Positions 62,931-64,000 of a stretch of DNA of 64,000 nt are shown here, piece by piece. Position numbers and translations under genes: made by a program. The notes under the pieces are model-generated. The model was not told the origin of the DNA. It did not search any database and was given only the letters and a program-made list of their open reading frames with translations. Source of the DNA: Rhodospirillaceae bacterium (lineage in GTDB: Bacteria; Pseudomonadota; Gammaproteobacteria; Burkholderiales; SG8-41); NCBI GenBank assembly GCA_050260255.1, contig JBLNBW010000107.1, positions 1,848-65,847 on the forward strand, given 5' to 3'. The first letter of the stretch is position 1; each line of letters opens with the position of its first letter.

Positions 62931-64000
62931 CTACGTTTCTTCCATCACCAGCCCGGCGGTAGACGGTGACGCAAGCGCGCGTGCGAGCTCGCCGATGTCC
63001 TGCAACCTCTCGGTACGACGGCACAGTGCGAGCACGCGCTCGGCGCCACGTGGCCCGAGCGTGCGCGCAACACAGTCCATGAACTTGGCCTTGCGATCCT
63101 CTTTCGTAAGCGGCCATGCCGGCGAGCCGGGCACGCGATCGACACGCAGCGCAAACGCTCCTCGCGTGGTGTCGAGCTCGATATCCAGAAAGCCGGCGAT
63201 GCCGGAATACACCTTGTCATCCGGGATGCGGTAACGCCGCACTTTCTTCATGAATGCGCGCAGCTCATGCCGCTGCACCATCGCATCGGTAAACGTGTCG
63301 AGCGTGAGCGCGCCGTCGATGAACACGGCCGCCGCGACGTACTCGATGCTGAACTTGCCTTCCAAACCCGTCTGGGGATTGGTGCTCACCAGCGCCGTGT
63401 CGCCGCCGGGCAGGAACCCGATGGCGATTTCGTTTACGTGCGCGGCGCGCAGCTCGTGCTGCGCAATGAGCTGAAAGAGACCGCCGACCGCCCGATGATT
63501 CGAATAGCAGCACGGCCACCGCTTCACGTACACGCCCGGCTCGATGATTTCCCATGGCTTGCCCAGCGATGCGGCCAGATCCCCAGGCAATTCGCCATCG
63601 CCGCCGCCATACGTGTCCAGCACGCCGCCCTCGCCCTCGAAGACCGCCTCGTCTGCGGTAAAGCCCAAGCGTGCGAGCGACGCAGCGGTCACGCCATTGC
63701 GTGCCGCATGCCCCGCGTGGAAGGGTTTCGCCATGGTGCCGAAGTTGCGCACGAGGCCGCTCATCTGCGACGCCGCGATGCCCCATGCACGCCGCAACAC
63801 TGCTGCATCGAGCTTCCACAAGCGTGCCGCGACGGCGGTGCTCGCCAGCGTGCCGATCGACGCGGTGGTATGCCAGCCGCGGATGAAATGGCCATGACCC
63901 AGCGCACGCGACAGCTTGCCGGCCACTTCGAGACCGAGCGCGTACGCTGCCAGCACTTCGGCGCCGGACGAACGCGCGACTTCGCCCACCGCGAGAGCCG
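62931..64000 (-). CDS. MmgE/PrpD-family protein (C-terminal ~350 aa; 5' end beyond the window)
   Basis: Open to the window edge. KPFHAGHAARNGV, GKFSIEYVAAAVFIDG are paralogous to the 22704..24080 product. Confidence 0.85.
   Translation of the reverse strand, partial: ALAVGEVARSSGAEVLAAYALGLEVAGKLSRALGHGHFIRGWHTTASIGTLASTAVAARLWKLDAAVLRRAWGIAASQMSGLVRNFGTMAKPFHAGHAARNGVTAASLARLGFTADEAVFEGEGGVLDTYGGGDGELPGDLAASLGKPWEIIEPGVYVKRWPCCYSNHRAVGGLFQLIAQHELRAAHVNEIAIGFLPGGDTALVSTNPQTGLEGKFSIEYVAAAVFIDGALTLDTFTDAMVQRHELRAFMKKVRRYRIPDDKVYSGIAGFLDIELDTTRGAFALRVDRVPGSPAWPLTKEDRKAKFMDCVARTLGPRGAERVLALCRRTERLQDIGELARALASPSTAGLVMEET

Noticed and set aside
1-64000. Mobile elements, prophage, integrons, toxin-antitoxin or known defence systems
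   Set aside because: I found no transposase, integrase, recombinase, phage structural, restriction, Cas, nuclease-ATPase or small paired toxin/antitoxin ORFs in any frame. I also saw no flanking tRNA or long terminal repeats. The window reads as core chromosome plus metabolic accessory clusters.

Overview
Visibly GC-rich (about two-thirds G+C by eye, not computed), gene-dense chromosomal segment with about 60 protein genes. It looks like a Burkholderiales-type betaproteobacterium: there are six orphan 'Bug'/TctC-family periplasmic binding proteins and no TctAB. I recognised no rRNA, tRNA, CRISPR array, transposase, integrase, phage or defence genes. The many long antisense ORFs in the track are GC-driven shadow frames. 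Housekeeping blocks: hemD-hemC, an AlgZ/AlgR-like LytS/LytTR two-component pair and argH (Pseudomonas-like synteny, with an inserted exported thioredoxin-like gene); hemA-prfA-prmC-grxD; dinB; selO. Accessory blocks: (1) a LacI-type regulon with a 20-bp perfect palindromic operator between xsc (sulfoacetaldehyde acetyltransferase) and a 974-aa FAD/Fe-S dehydrogenase plus tauE. (2) A 16.6-34 kb organic-acid/CoA-ester catabolic island: PrpB-like lyase, 2-hydroxyacid DH, IclR, CitE-like lyase, PrpD-like protein, a divergent DRE-TIM enzyme, LigJ-like hydratase, LysR, Ich-like hydratase, family III CoA-transferase, 3-hydroxyacyl-CoA DH and four Bug proteins. (3) A patch of small unknown genes: a GapR/DUF2312-like protein, an internally duplicated outer-membrane barrel, a YegP-like protein and structured non-coding stretches. 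(4) A GAF-PAS-GGDEF-EAL protein convergent with a hybrid histidine kinase. (5) A Fur-box-controlled two-gene FTR1/cupredoxin iron module. (6) An ECF42-type sigma-factor cluster with two near-identical candidate target promoters. These drive YCII/DGPF genes and a beta-propeller plus Gly-Gly-terminated ubiquitin-like (MoaD/ThiS) pair that has no E1 enzyme nearby. I consider (6) and the sulfonate cluster (1) the best candidates for undescribed biology. All functional calls come from reading the translations by eye; no database search was run.
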